Source: an uncultured Candidatus Peribacteria bacterium
Lineage (GTDB): Bacteria > Patescibacteriota > Gracilibacteria > UBA4473
Direction of reading: 5' to 3'
DNA length: 64,000 nucleotides
Assembly: GCA_964526665.1 (NCBI GenBank)
Contig: CAZGJL010000001.1
Coordinates: 61,298 to 125,297 of the forward strand
The notes beneath the pieces are model-generated. The model saw only the letters and a list, made by a program, of their open reading frames with translations. It was not told the origin of the DNA and did no database searches. A program made the translations under genes and the position numbers. Shown here in pieces: positions 10,401 to 18,023 of this stretch; position 1 is the stretch's first letter; every line of letters begins with the position of its first letter.

Positions 10401-10627
10401 GGCTTCAACCAATTTTCCTTACTTCAATTACAACAGTGGTAGGACTTTTGCCGCTCTCTCTTTCTGATGAGATGTGGGCCGGACTTGGGTTTGCAATAAT
10501 TTATGGAATGTCTCTCTCAACTATTCTTACTTTGCTCTTGGTTCCTTGTTTCCTTGGAGCAGGACAGATTATTGGAGAATGGTCTAGAAGGCACTGGAAA
10601 CGGTTTATGTGTTGGGTGACGTGTTGA
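7442..10627 (+). CDS. RND efflux transporter permease (AcrB/AcrD/AcrF family)
   Basis: 1061 aa with 12-TM architecture and two large periplasmic loops. Shows typical LGLLVDNAIVIVE and AGIIVNDAIVLIDH motifs. Confidence 0.9.
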   Translation: MSGSLSDFWTFFITRFRVTLLVIIFVLTAGFYSYSTISRETEPTVDIPMATVTTIWPGASAMDVEKLVTNKLETEIKSLDNVKEYTSSSLSGVSLITVEFEVDSDKQVNIQKLRDKIDDATRKLPGTLPDNPTVSEVSLSDVAVVNIALSGDFSWSELKRFAEILEDEFSGMANVKDVILSGVPEDEIHISVDPNKLNTLNLSVSEVLQAVRGGHIDMPLGMMEIDGQAVEITARAEYENAQDIANVPITVKNGTTLTVGDIGEVRREFEKFEIETYLQNEGGVEPAVKIEVTKSAESGNVLVMVENMLNRMEELKVQEVLPRSLNTSVTYNRANEIRDSLDTLLRSGGQTVLLIMLVMFIFVGWRESLLASIVIPMSMLSAVMVMQITGSTFNGISLFALVLGLGLLVDNAIVIVEGMSEAINERNMTPEEAAEHTLKVFRWPLIAGTATTVCAFLPMTFFISGIMGDYVSVIPNTVNAILISALFVALWLLPSVGVQFMKAFPPKKHNKRRGIHKVQDWYVRSMKKVLAKNRYIFGTLGAAFLALFFSLGLVISNQVPVEVFPSSDMPFFTADFEFPTGTDISETRELIEPISEKLRPFLGMQSDGEVWIKSFVFTAGKSQAWGHHRGSSLSEGHVLGLGVYLTDVNDRNIKSYDILPVIRNAVLPAIPEHVEANFAELQAGPPTGDAAMSVRLVGPDYDHLEALSQDLQDEIEKIDGPLNVRDDSAERTFQVAWTFNRDVLARFGLSPSTVMETLRTGVNGTTAVKITEGDEEVDVVARINWDGDRRWDNPDSLDVLNQIVIKTPSGNFVSLEQIATPELSSEVSLLRHKDGLRTLTVLADMKEGMPVSIIQANLDNAIKQLDRLPGEIIEMGGDSEEGDRLMGEMSIAMSVAVLLILVVLVTQFNSYWQSFTTLIIVPLSLTGVFIGFWLHGLTISFPTMIGIVSLAGIIVNDAIVLIDHINQNLRKHKLPWREAYIAAGKSRLQPIFLTSITTVVGLLPLSLSDEMWAGLGFAIIYGMSLSTILTLLLVPCFLGAGQIIGEWSRRHWKRFMCWVTC

Positions 10628-10641
10628 GTTAAAACTACAAA

Positions 10642-10660
10642 CTTCAGTCTTCAGTCTTCA
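10642..10660 (+). repeat. short tandem heptamer (CTTCAGT x 2.7)
   Basis: cttcagt cttcagt cttca read directly in the RND to tRNA-Thr spacer. Confidence 0.8.
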
Positions 10661-10664
10661 AATA

Positions 10665-10696
10665 TTAAACTTCCCTATTTGTAGTTTGAAGTTTTA
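10665..10696 (+). repeat. about 32-bp direct repeat, copy A (TTAAAC.TTCC..A.TTTGTAGTTTGAAGTTT)
   Basis: Near-identical to 11896..11927. The two copies bracket tRNA-Thr and rfbB. Confidence 0.7.
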
Positions 10697-10712
10697 TAAA
10701 TTGAAGTTTTAA

Positions 10713-10730
10713 GTCCCGACTTGTCGGGAC
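10713..10730 (-). terminator. hairpin immediately 3' of tRNA-Thr
   Basis: GTCCCGAC/GTCGGGAC inverted repeat located 3 nt after the tRNA CCA end on the minus strand. Confidence 0.5.
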
Positions 10731-10733
10731 GCC

Positions 10734-10809
10734 TGGAGCCGCCTTCGAGAATCGAACTCGAGGTCTCGTCCTTACCAAGGACGCGCTCTAGCCACTGAGC
10801 CAAGGCGGC
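10734..10809 (-). tRNA. tRNA-Thr (anticodon GGU), CCA encoded
   Basis: The reverse complement folds as a cloverleaf: acceptor GCCGCCT/AGGCGGC, anticodon stem CGTCC/GGACG with loop TTGGTAA, T-loop GTTCGATTC, and 3' TCCA. Confidence 0.9.
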
Positions 10810-10891
10810 GCAACGAGAAGGAGTGTACCGCGCTCTTTTAAAATTGCAATACCTGGTGGAAATTTTTTCAAAAAAAAGTACTATCCCTTCG

Positions 10892-11884
10892 ATGACACGA
10901 AAAATTCTCGTTACTGGTGGAGCAGGATTCATTGGATCCAACTTCGTTTACCACGCACTGGAAAACACGGATTGGGAGATTGTAAATCTAGACTTGCTGA
11001 CCTATGCAGGAAATCTTGAAAACCTTAGGGAGATAGAAAATGATCCACGATACACGTTTGAAAAGGGAGATATTGCTGATGCAAAATTCATTGAGGAATT
11101 ATTTGCCAAAGAAAAATTCGACGGAGTTATTAACTTCGCGGCAGAAACCCATGTTGATCGTTCAATTGAAGATTCTTCCCCGTTTATTCGAACAAATATA
11201 TTAGGAACTCACGTGCTTCTTGAAGCGTGTAGAAAGCATAATGTAAAACGCTACCACCAAGTTTCAACCGATGAAGTCTATGGAGATTTGGGAGATCCAC
11301 TTCCAGGAGAGGCGTTAAAGTTCTTTCACGAGAACACCCCTTTGGCCCCGAACTGCCCATACGCAGCCGCCAAAACTTCTGCTGATCTGTTAGTTAAATC
11401 ATGGCACCACACGTACGGATTACATGCGACAATTTCACGATGCAGTAATAACTACGGCCCATACCAGTTCCCCGAAAAATTGATCCCGTTCTTCTTATTC
11501 AAGGCAATGAACAATGAAACGTTGCCCATGTATGGAGACGGGAAAAATATCCGTGATTGGCTCTATGTTCGTGATCACTGCGAAGCCATTCGATTAATTT
11601 TTGAGAAATCTGAACCAGGAGAAATCTGGAATATCGGAGGACATAATGAAAAAACAAACTTGGAGATCACTGACATGATTTTGAAAGAAACCGGATCAAC
11701 TTCTCAGATGGAGTTTGTACCAGATCGAAAGGCACACGATCGTCGTTATGCGATTGATGCAAGCAAAATTGAACAAGGGCTCGGGTGGACACCCGCGCAT
11801 ACGTTTGAAGAAGCGCTCCCTCTTACTATTAAATGGTATCAAGACAATCAGGATTGGGTGGAAGGATGTAGAGAAAAGATCTAA
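10892..11884 (+). CDS. rfbB: dTDP-glucose 4,6-dehydratase
   Basis: MTRKILVTGGAGFIGSNF (Rossmann), YAAAKTSADLL (YxxxK), and RCSNNYGPYQFPEKLIP are typical of RfbB. ATG at 10892 is preferred over the upstream extension. Confidence 0.9.
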   Translation: MTRKILVTGGAGFIGSNFVYHALENTDWEIVNLDLLTYAGNLENLREIENDPRYTFEKGDIADAKFIEELFAKEKFDGVINFAAETHVDRSIEDSSPFIRTNILGTHVLLEACRKHNVKRYHQVSTDEVYGDLGDPLPGEALKFFHENTPLAPNCPYAAAKTSADLLVKSWHHTYGLHATISRCSNNYGPYQFPEKLIPFFLFKAMNNETLPMYGDGKNIRDWLYVRDHCEAIRLIFEKSEPGEIWNIGGHNEKTNLEITDMILKETGSTSQMEFVPDRKAHDRRYAIDASKIEQGLGWTPAHTFEEALPLTIKWYQDNQDWVEGCREKI

Positions 11885-11895
11885 AAAACTAAGAA

Positions 11896-11927
11896 TTAAA
11901 CATTCCAAATTTGTAGTTTGAAGTTTG
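11896..11927 (+). repeat. about 32-bp direct repeat, copy B
   Basis: ttaaacattccaaatttgtagtttgaagtttg matches copy A at 10665..10696 with about 4 mismatches. It is followed by a further degenerate unit, gaagattgtagtttgg. Confidence 0.7.
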
Positions 11928-12019
11928 AAGATTGTAGTTTGGTTTAAATTTCCATACACTTTTTGTTGGAGAATATTATTCAAGTAGGTACACTTTTGCT
12001 GACTTAATTTTTATACAAA

Positions 12020-12322
12020 ATGGCAGACAAAATTTACTGCGGAAACGGGAAAAAAATTACTACACGTTATGGAGACATGATGCGTTTGAGTATTTCTGAA
12101 AGCGATTTACAAGCACTCCAGGACAATCTCGACAATGGATGGGTAAATGTCAAAGTATGCGAGCGACGCGAACCAAGCCAGAGTGGGATGACTCACTACT
12201 TGCAAGTAGATGACTGGAAACCTGGACAAGATCGTGATGGAGACGCAGCAGCACCAGCAAAAAAAGCTCCTGCCAAGCCAGCTCAGACCGATGAGGTCAG
12301 CGCTGAGGATTTGCCGTTTTAG
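12020..12322 (+). CDS. hypothetical protein with Pro/Ala-rich linker and SSB-like acidic C-terminal tip (...SAEDLPF)
   Basis: 100-aa ORF with ATG start. A globular N-terminal region of about 70 aa is followed by DGDAAAPAKKAPAKPAQTDEVSAEDLPF. Confidence 0.6.
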   Translation: MADKIYCGNGKKITTRYGDMMRLSISESDLQALQDNLDNGWVNVKVCERREPSQSGMTHYLQVDDWKPGQDRDGDAAAPAKKAPAKPAQTDEVSAEDLPF

Positions 12323-12400
12323 TTTGAGGAACAAAAAAAGTGTATGTTTTGGGCGCATTAATTTGCGTCCTTTTTTTGTCTTATCTAGAATGTGAATCCA

Positions 12401-13765
12401 ATGGCAAAAGACAATCAACAATGGCTCTGTACCGAATGTGGAGAAGTGTTCGGAAAATGGATCGGACAATGCCCTTCTTGTGAGGCATGGAATACAATTA
12501 AAGAATTTCATGAAGCAAAAATCACAAGCGGCAAAACCGATCTTAGTAAGGGAAAAGACCTGACGCTAAGTCCGAACTTGAATTCGTCTCGGAATAAACT
12601 AAGTCCGGACTTAAGAATTTCAAGCGGAATCGCAGAAGTCGATCGTGTCCTCGGAGGAGGATTCTTCCCAGGGACATTAGCTTTGTTTGGTGGAGCTCCA
12701 GGAGTAGGGAAATCAACGCTAGCGCTTCAAATGTTTTTAGGAATCAAAGACGCACAATATTTCTCAGGAGAAGAGTCTGTAGAACAAGTGCTACATCGAG
12801 CTACTCGAATAAACCCGGGTTCGAACCCGGGTTCAATTTTTTCCACCAACTCTCTCGAAGATATTTGTCAGACTGTTGCAAAATCATCTCCTCCCCTCGC
12901 TGTCATTGATTCTATACAAATGATTGGCTCAGCTAATTCTAGCTTTGGACAATTGTCTCAAATAAAAGAAAATGCTGAGATTTTATTAAAACTCGCTAAA
13001 TCAACGGGAACAACCATTCTTGTGATTGGACATATAACCAAATCTGACGAGATCGCTGGACCAAAAGTTTTGGAACATGTTGTTGATGTAGTGCTGAGAT
13101 TAAACGGAGAAGGAAATAGCGAAGTTCGGGTACTCAGTTCTCCCAAAAACCGATTTGGAAGCACTCTTGAGGTAGGAGTCTTCGAAATGCGCGGAAACGG
13201 ATTAACTGAGCTGGCCAATCCGTCAGAATTCTTTCTTGCTGAACGAGCAGAAAACGCAGCAGGATCTTCTATCGCTGTTGTTCGGGAAGGATCACGAAAT
13301 TTCTTGTTAGAAATCCAGGCCCTTACCGTGCGAACCAATTTTGGACAACCACGACGAACCGCGCATGGAATTGGATTATCAAAATTACACCTCTTACTTG
13401 CGGTAGTAAGCAAATTCACTCCCTTCAAGTGCGGAGAATATGATGCCTACCTCAGTGTTGTCGGAGGAATGAAAATTATCGAGCCTGCTGCTGATTTATC
13501 CATTTGTGCTGCTATATTAAGTTCTCGTGCAGAGAGAGAGATTCCTGCCGATACGGTTATTCTTGGAGAAGTTGGCTTGAGCGGAGAAGTTCGCAGTGTT
13601 TCGCAACTAGAGGCACGATTAATTGAAGCCGAGAAACTGGGATTCAAGAGGGCTATTATTCCAACAACTCAAATGAAAAAGCTTTCCAATAAACTAAATA
13701 TTTCCTCTGTCGGAGTTCGCAATGTTGGAGAAATGGTAAAAGTAATTTTTGGCCAAGAAAAATAA
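12401..13765 (+). CDS. radA: DNA repair protein RadA/Sms
   Basis: N-terminal zinc ribbon (CTECGEVFGKWIGQCPSCEAWNT), Walker A (GAPGVGKST), the KNRFG motif, and a C-terminal Lon-like domain. Confidence 0.92.
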   Translation: MAKDNQQWLCTECGEVFGKWIGQCPSCEAWNTIKEFHEAKITSGKTDLSKGKDLTLSPNLNSSRNKLSPDLRISSGIAEVDRVLGGGFFPGTLALFGGAPGVGKSTLALQMFLGIKDAQYFSGEESVEQVLHRATRINPGSNPGSIFSTNSLEDICQTVAKSSPPLAVIDSIQMIGSANSSFGQLSQIKENAEILLKLAKSTGTTILVIGHITKSDEIAGPKVLEHVVDVVLRLNGEGNSEVRVLSSPKNRFGSTLEVGVFEMRGNGLTELANPSEFFLAERAENAAGSSIAVVREGSRNFLLEIQALTVRTNFGQPRRTAHGIGLSKLHLLLAVVSKFTPFKCGEYDAYLSVVGGMKIIEPAADLSICAAILSSRAEREIPADTVILGEVGLSGEVRSVSQLEARLIEAEKLGFKRAIIPTTQMKKLSNKLNISSVGVRNVGEMVKVIFGQEK

Positions 13766-13769
13766 CGTC

Positions 13770-14156
13770 TTATCTCTTTTCAAAATCCCTCCTCGCCCGC
13801 TTGTCCTTCTTGCTCGGCTTATTATCACCATATCGACCCAATATCTTCCGTGTGTCTCTTTTTTGTGCCGACGAAACCTTCTTGTACTCGGCTGCCATCT
13901 CAGCAAATCCAGGGGTCAAGTCTTCAAAAAATCCTTCCGCCGCCTCTTGTTTCCCTCGCTTTTCCAAAAACTGAATTACCTTATATTTCTTCGTCCCCGC
14001 AGGGAATATTACCGAAACCTCGTCCCCAATTTTCAAAATTTTAGACGGTTTCGCTTTTGTACTATTGATTAAAACATTTCCTGCGCGACAAAAGTCTCCC
14101 GCCTGCGTGCGCGATTTCGCCATCCATGTCGTCCAGATCCATTTATCGACACGCAT
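13770..14156 (-). CDS. S4-domain RNA-binding protein (Hsp15/RqcP-like)
   Basis: MRVDKWIWTTWMAKSRTQAGDFCRAGNVLINSTKAKPSKILKIGDEV is a classic S4 domain. The C-terminal tail is basic. Confidence 0.75.
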   Translation of the reverse strand: MRVDKWIWTTWMAKSRTQAGDFCRAGNVLINSTKAKPSKILKIGDEVSVIFPAGTKKYKVIQFLEKRGKQEAAEGFFEDLTPGFAEMAAEYKKVSSAQKRDTRKILGRYGDNKPSKKDKRARRDFEKR

Positions 14157-14157
14157 T

Positions 14158-14700
14158 TTATAAAGTTATCCAATATCGTCGCGTTTTTCCCGCAGGAAGC
14201 CCTTCCAGTTCTTCGTCCTTTCTCTCAATAATGTTTTCCAAAATTCCGCCGTTTTTTTCTATCACTCGAGCAGAGCCAAGATTGTCATCATCACAGGTAA
14301 GTAATATTTTTTCGAACCCCATTTCTTTTGCTTTCAATAACCCTAATTTTAATATTATTGATCCTACTCCCTTACGACGAATAGATGGACGAAGTCCGAA
14401 TCCGATGTGTCCTCCTGCTCGCAATAACCCTGGAGTATCACGATGCCTTATCCTGATCTCACCAAACCACTCATCCCCCTTCACTAGCCACCACGACGAG
14501 GCGGGCACTTTGCCCTCTTGAAGATTAATTCCCTGACTATCATCCCTCCTTTGTTGCAAAAAATCGGCAAATCCTTCTTCGCTAATCGGAGTTTTCCCCG
14601 CTTGTGTAAAAACCTTATCGGCATATTGTCTCTTTTCTTCCTGAGCCTCAAGAAAACTTCTCTTATAATGAGCTGATGGTGCCACTAATTGCAGTGTCAT
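14158..14700 (-). CDS. GNAT-family N-acetyltransferase
   Basis: IGFGLRPSIRRKGVGSIIL...GSARVIEKNGG matches GNAT motif A (R/Q-x-x-G-x-G/A). Confidence 0.8.
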   Translation of the reverse strand: MTLQLVAPSAHYKRSFLEAQEEKRQYADKVFTQAGKTPISEEGFADFLQQRRDDSQGINLQEGKVPASSWWLVKGDEWFGEIRIRHRDTPGLLRAGGHIGFGLRPSIRRKGVGSIILKLGLLKAKEMGFEKILLTCDDDNLGSARVIEKNGGILENIIERKDEELEGLPAGKTRRYWITL

Positions 14701-14701
14701 T

Positions 14702-17700
14702 TTAAAGACTTTTCAATTCTGCCCGCAATGTTTTCAGCTCTGCCTCCGCATCGGCCAATTGTTGCTGTGTTTGGGCTACTAAATGTTCTGGAGCTTTGTC
14801 CGTATATGCTTTGTTCGAGAGCCTTCCCTTTAGCCCTGAAACTGATTTCTCTAGCGTTACAATTTCATTTTCCAGTCGTTTCTTTTCTGCTCCTGCGTCA
14901 AACGGAACTTCTACAAAAATCTCCATTCCGTTGACGAGAACCATGGCTGCCCGCTCCGGCTTGGAAGCCTTTTCTGCAATTTTCACGTCCGAAAGATTGG
15001 CTAAAACTTTCATCACCTCGGTTGTTTCTTGCAAAGAATTCGCCTTCTTTCCTGCTGAAATTTTCACAGAAATTTTGTCTTTCGGGTTCAATTTCTTTTC
15101 AGCCCGAACTTTTCGAATCTCCGTTACAATCTCCTGCATTGACGCAAATAGCTCCGCAGATTCTTTGTCTTTGGACTTTACTGTTGGAAAGTTTTGCTCG
15201 ATTAAGAGTGATTCTTTGGGCCCCAACTCTTCCCATAACGTTTCTGTAATAAATGGTACCAATGGATGAGCAAGCTTCAGTACCTCAAGAAAGACTCCAT
15301 ATAAAAACACTGGGTTCTTGTCGACCTTCTGTGTTTCAAGAAACCAACTGCAGAACTCATCCCACACGAAGTGATAAATCTCGTCTCCCGCCGCTGATAT
15401 TTCATACTTTTCTAGTTTTTGCGACACACTTGCAGAAACTTCTGACAACCTATGTAGCAACCACTTCTCCGATAAAGAATTTGGAATTGCTTCCTTGTTT
15501 GTAGTTTGTAGATTGTAATTTGCCGTTTGGAGTTGTACAAACCGTCCCGCATTCCACATCTTATTTACGAAATTTCGATATCCAGTGATCTTTGCTTTTC
15601 CTAAAGGAATCGGATTTCCTGCTGTTGCTCCAATAACTAATGACAAGCGAACCGCGTCTGCTCCCACTTCAGAAATAACTTCCAGTGGATCGATTCCATT
15701 TCCCTTTGACTTCGACATTTTCTGTCCGCTTTCATCGCAAACCAAACCGTGCAAATACACCGTATGGAATGGATATTTTCCCGTTGCATAACGTCCAAAC
15801 ATAATCATTCGCGCTACCCAAAAGAACAAAATATCATGTCCTGTTTCCAAGACATCTGTCGGATAAAACTTCTCAAAGTCTGGTGTTTTGTCTGGCCAGC
15901 CAAGCGTTGAAAAGGGCCACAATGCAGAACTAAACCACGTATCGAGAGTGTCCTTATCTTGAGTTAAATTTTCTCCAACAGGATCAGCTAAAACCATCAA
16001 CTCCCGAATTTCTCCTTTTTTCCATTTCCATTCTGAACGAAATCGAACAAATTTCTCTTCGTCTTCACTTCGGCTGAAATGAAATATCGCGGCAGTAAAA
16101 TTCTTGTGCCCAATAACCAATGCGTCTTCTTCTTTTTTTAATCGTTCCACGACGTTCTGTGCTCGACGAGAAATGTCGATCAATTCTTCGTCTTTTATTC
16201 CATCAAGCTGAATCTCGAATGGTCCTTCACGCTTCAAGTCCGCTTTTCCTGCCAATTCACTACTTGTGAATTCCGCCAATTCTGGCCAAACTTCAAATGG
16301 AATATTTAATTCTGCGGCAATAATTTCTGCTGTCTGTTGTCCGCGTTTCGAGTCAGAACAAATAATTTTTTTAATACCCCTTCCTTGTACCGTGTCTGCA
16401 ATTTTACGGGCATCCTGCAATCCGTTATCTGTTAATGGATAATCTCCTCCGATAATTTTTTTTGCGTTTGCTTCGCTCTCTCCGTGTCGAGCAAAAAGAA
16501 TATTTTTCTCTACCGGAAGATGGATATTTTCGTCCTTGTCATACCAGACCGGGATTCGATGTCCCCACCAAATCTGACGACTAATACACCAGTCTCGCAG
16601 ATTATCAATCCACTGGAAATAAACCTTTTCAAACCGCTTCGGAACAATTTTCACATGATCCTCTCGCACAGCGTCCTGCATCAACTTCTTTAGTGTTGTT
16701 TTCTTGCCCGTAAATTTGTCGATAAATTCTTTTTCCACAGAAATAAACCATTGCGGTGACAACATTGGTTCCACGATTGTTCCTGAGCGATAACATTTCG
16801 GAACTCGGTTTGGATGGGGACGTTTTTCGAACAAAAGTCCTTTTTCTTCCAACAATTCTCCTGCTCGTTTTCGCGCTTCGTGTACGGGCATTCCTGCACA
16901 TGGCCCGGCAATATCTGTCATCGTCCCGGCGAAATCTATTTTTTGAATTAATGGTAAGTCAAGACGCTGCGCGAGCGCAAAATCGTCTGGAGAGTGCGAG
17001 GCTGAAATCGTCATTGCCCCTGTTCCAAACCCTGGATCAATAATTTCATCCGCAATTACCCAAAACTTCCGCGGCCCGGCATACGTTTCTGCAGTAAATT
17101 CTTCCCCCACGAGCGCTTCTCCGAGCACCACTTCTTTTATTTGAAAATCCTTCCTCAGCTGTGTGTGTGCGTCGTAATATTTCTTGGTAACAATACATTC
17201 TTTTCCTTCAGCATTTTCTGCTCGCACGTACTCCGCCTCCGGATGAACTACCACTGGAGAATCTGCACATTTGGTCTCTGTTCGAACCGTTCCAATAAGA
17301 AACGGACCACACCAAAATTCATAGAAATCTGCTTGATTGTCATCCCATTCCACCTCATCATCGGCTAAAACTGATTGCGCTCCCACAGACCAGTTCACCA
17401 TCCGATGTCCTCGAACGATTAAGTCGTCTTCATAGAGTTTTTTGAAAATGAAATTCACGGAAAAATTACGTTCAGAATCAAATGTGTAAGCCTCTCTTGT
17501 CCAATCAAGATGCGCTCCCATTTTTTTAATCTGATGGGTGATACGATCGTGTTTTTCTCCGGCAAACTTACGACACTCGGTCAAAAACTCCTCTCGTGTC
17601 ATTTCCTCTCGTGTTTTCATTCCCAAGTGTTTGAGTACTACATTCTCCGTAGCAATTGCTGCATGATCTGTTCCGGGAACCCAGAGCGTTTCATGCCCGG

Positions 17701-17905
17701 TCATTTTTTTGTACCGAATCAAAATATCTTCCACTGCCAACATCGCCGCATGTCCCAGGTGTAATTGCCCGGTCACATTCGGTGGTGGGAGCGGAATTGT
17801 ATAGGACTTTTTTTCGGAAGAGGCATCAGCGGTCATCACCCCTGCCTTTTCCCAAGCAGCGTAAATGACGTCCTCTGAGCCGTTATGATCGTAATTTTTT
17901 TCCAT
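14702..17905 (-). CDS. valS: valyl-tRNA synthetase carrying an internal histidine-phosphatase-like insertion (1067 aa)
   Basis: Shows PPPNVTGQLHLGH (HIGH), KMSKSKGN (KMSKS), WCISRQIWWGHRIP, LDTWFSSALWPFSTLGWP, and a C-terminal coiled coil. It is about 165-190 aa longer than typical bacterial ValRS because of the insert at aa 468-640. Confidence 0.95.
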   Translation of the reverse strand: MEKNYDHNGSEDVIYAAWEKAGVMTADASSEKKSYTIPLPPPNVTGQLHLGHAAMLAVEDILIRYKKMTGHETLWVPGTDHAAIATENVVLKHLGMKTREEMTREEFLTECRKFAGEKHDRITHQIKKMGAHLDWTREAYTFDSERNFSVNFIFKKLYEDDLIVRGHRMVNWSVGAQSVLADDEVEWDDNQADFYEFWCGPFLIGTVRTETKCADSPVVVHPEAEYVRAENAEGKECIVTKKYYDAHTQLRKDFQIKEVVLGEALVGEEFTAETYAGPRKFWVIADEIIDPGFGTGAMTISASHSPDDFALAQRLDLPLIQKIDFAGTMTDIAGPCAGMPVHEARKRAGELLEEKGLLFEKRPHPNRVPKCYRSGTIVEPMLSPQWFISVEKEFIDKFTGKKTTLKKLMQDAVREDHVKIVPKRFEKVYFQWIDNLRDWCISRQIWWGHRIPVWYDKDENIHLPVEKNILFARHGESEANAKKIIGGDYPLTDNGLQDARKIADTVQGRGIKKIICSDSKRGQQTAEIIAAELNIPFEVWPELAEFTSSELAGKADLKREGPFEIQLDGIKDEELIDISRRAQNVVERLKKEEDALVIGHKNFTAAIFHFSRSEDEEKFVRFRSEWKWKKGEIRELMVLADPVGENLTQDKDTLDTWFSSALWPFSTLGWPDKTPDFEKFYPTDVLETGHDILFFWVARMIMFGRYATGKYPFHTVYLHGLVCDESGQKMSKSKGNGIDPLEVISEVGADAVRLSLVIGATAGNPIPLGKAKITGYRNFVNKMWNAGRFVQLQTANYNLQTTNKEAIPNSLSEKWLLHRLSEVSASVSQKLEKYEISAAGDEIYHFVWDEFCSWFLETQKVDKNPVFLYGVFLEVLKLAHPLVPFITETLWEELGPKESLLIEQNFPTVKSKDKESAELFASMQEIVTEIRKVRAEKKLNPKDKISVKISAGKKANSLQETTEVMKVLANLSDVKIAEKASKPERAAMVLVNGMEIFVEVPFDAGAEKKRLENEIVTLEKSVSGLKGRLSNKAYTDKAPEHLVAQTQQQLADAEAELKTLRAELKSL

Positions 17906-18023
17906 TTAAAGTCGTACACGAAATCACCGGAAGTGTAGCGGTTTTTCTATGTTTTTCAATGAGAAATCCTCTTTCAGTTTTTCTTCAAATACACCGTCTG
18001 CGTTGGGAAAAAGAGAGGCCTCT

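Noticed and set aside
10642-10660. Short tandem repeats near tRNA-Thr checked as a possible CRISPR or minisatellite array.
   Set aside because: There are only 2.7 copies of a 7-mer, with no spacers and no cas genes in the window. No CRISPR-like array was seen anywhere in the 64 kb.
10823-10891. Upstream extensions offered by the ORF track for rfbB, hisS (3172), radA (12392), trxB (19878), metG (48159), comM (24156), the serine recombinase (28937) and the RibD_C gene (54687).
   Set aside because: Conserved N-terminal motifs begin at internal ATGs. The extensions have no homology-like sequence and in several cases collide with neighbouring genes or the tRNA.
15493-15530. Sequence tttgtagtttgtagattgtaatttg inside valS resembles the intergenic GTTTGTAG-type repeats at 10.68 and 11.91 kb, suggesting a repeat insertion into the coding sequence.
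   Set aside because: The encoded segment (QLQTANYNLQTTNKE) occupies a naturally variable ValRS loop of normal length, so there is no evidence of an insertion. The similarity is short and low-complexity.
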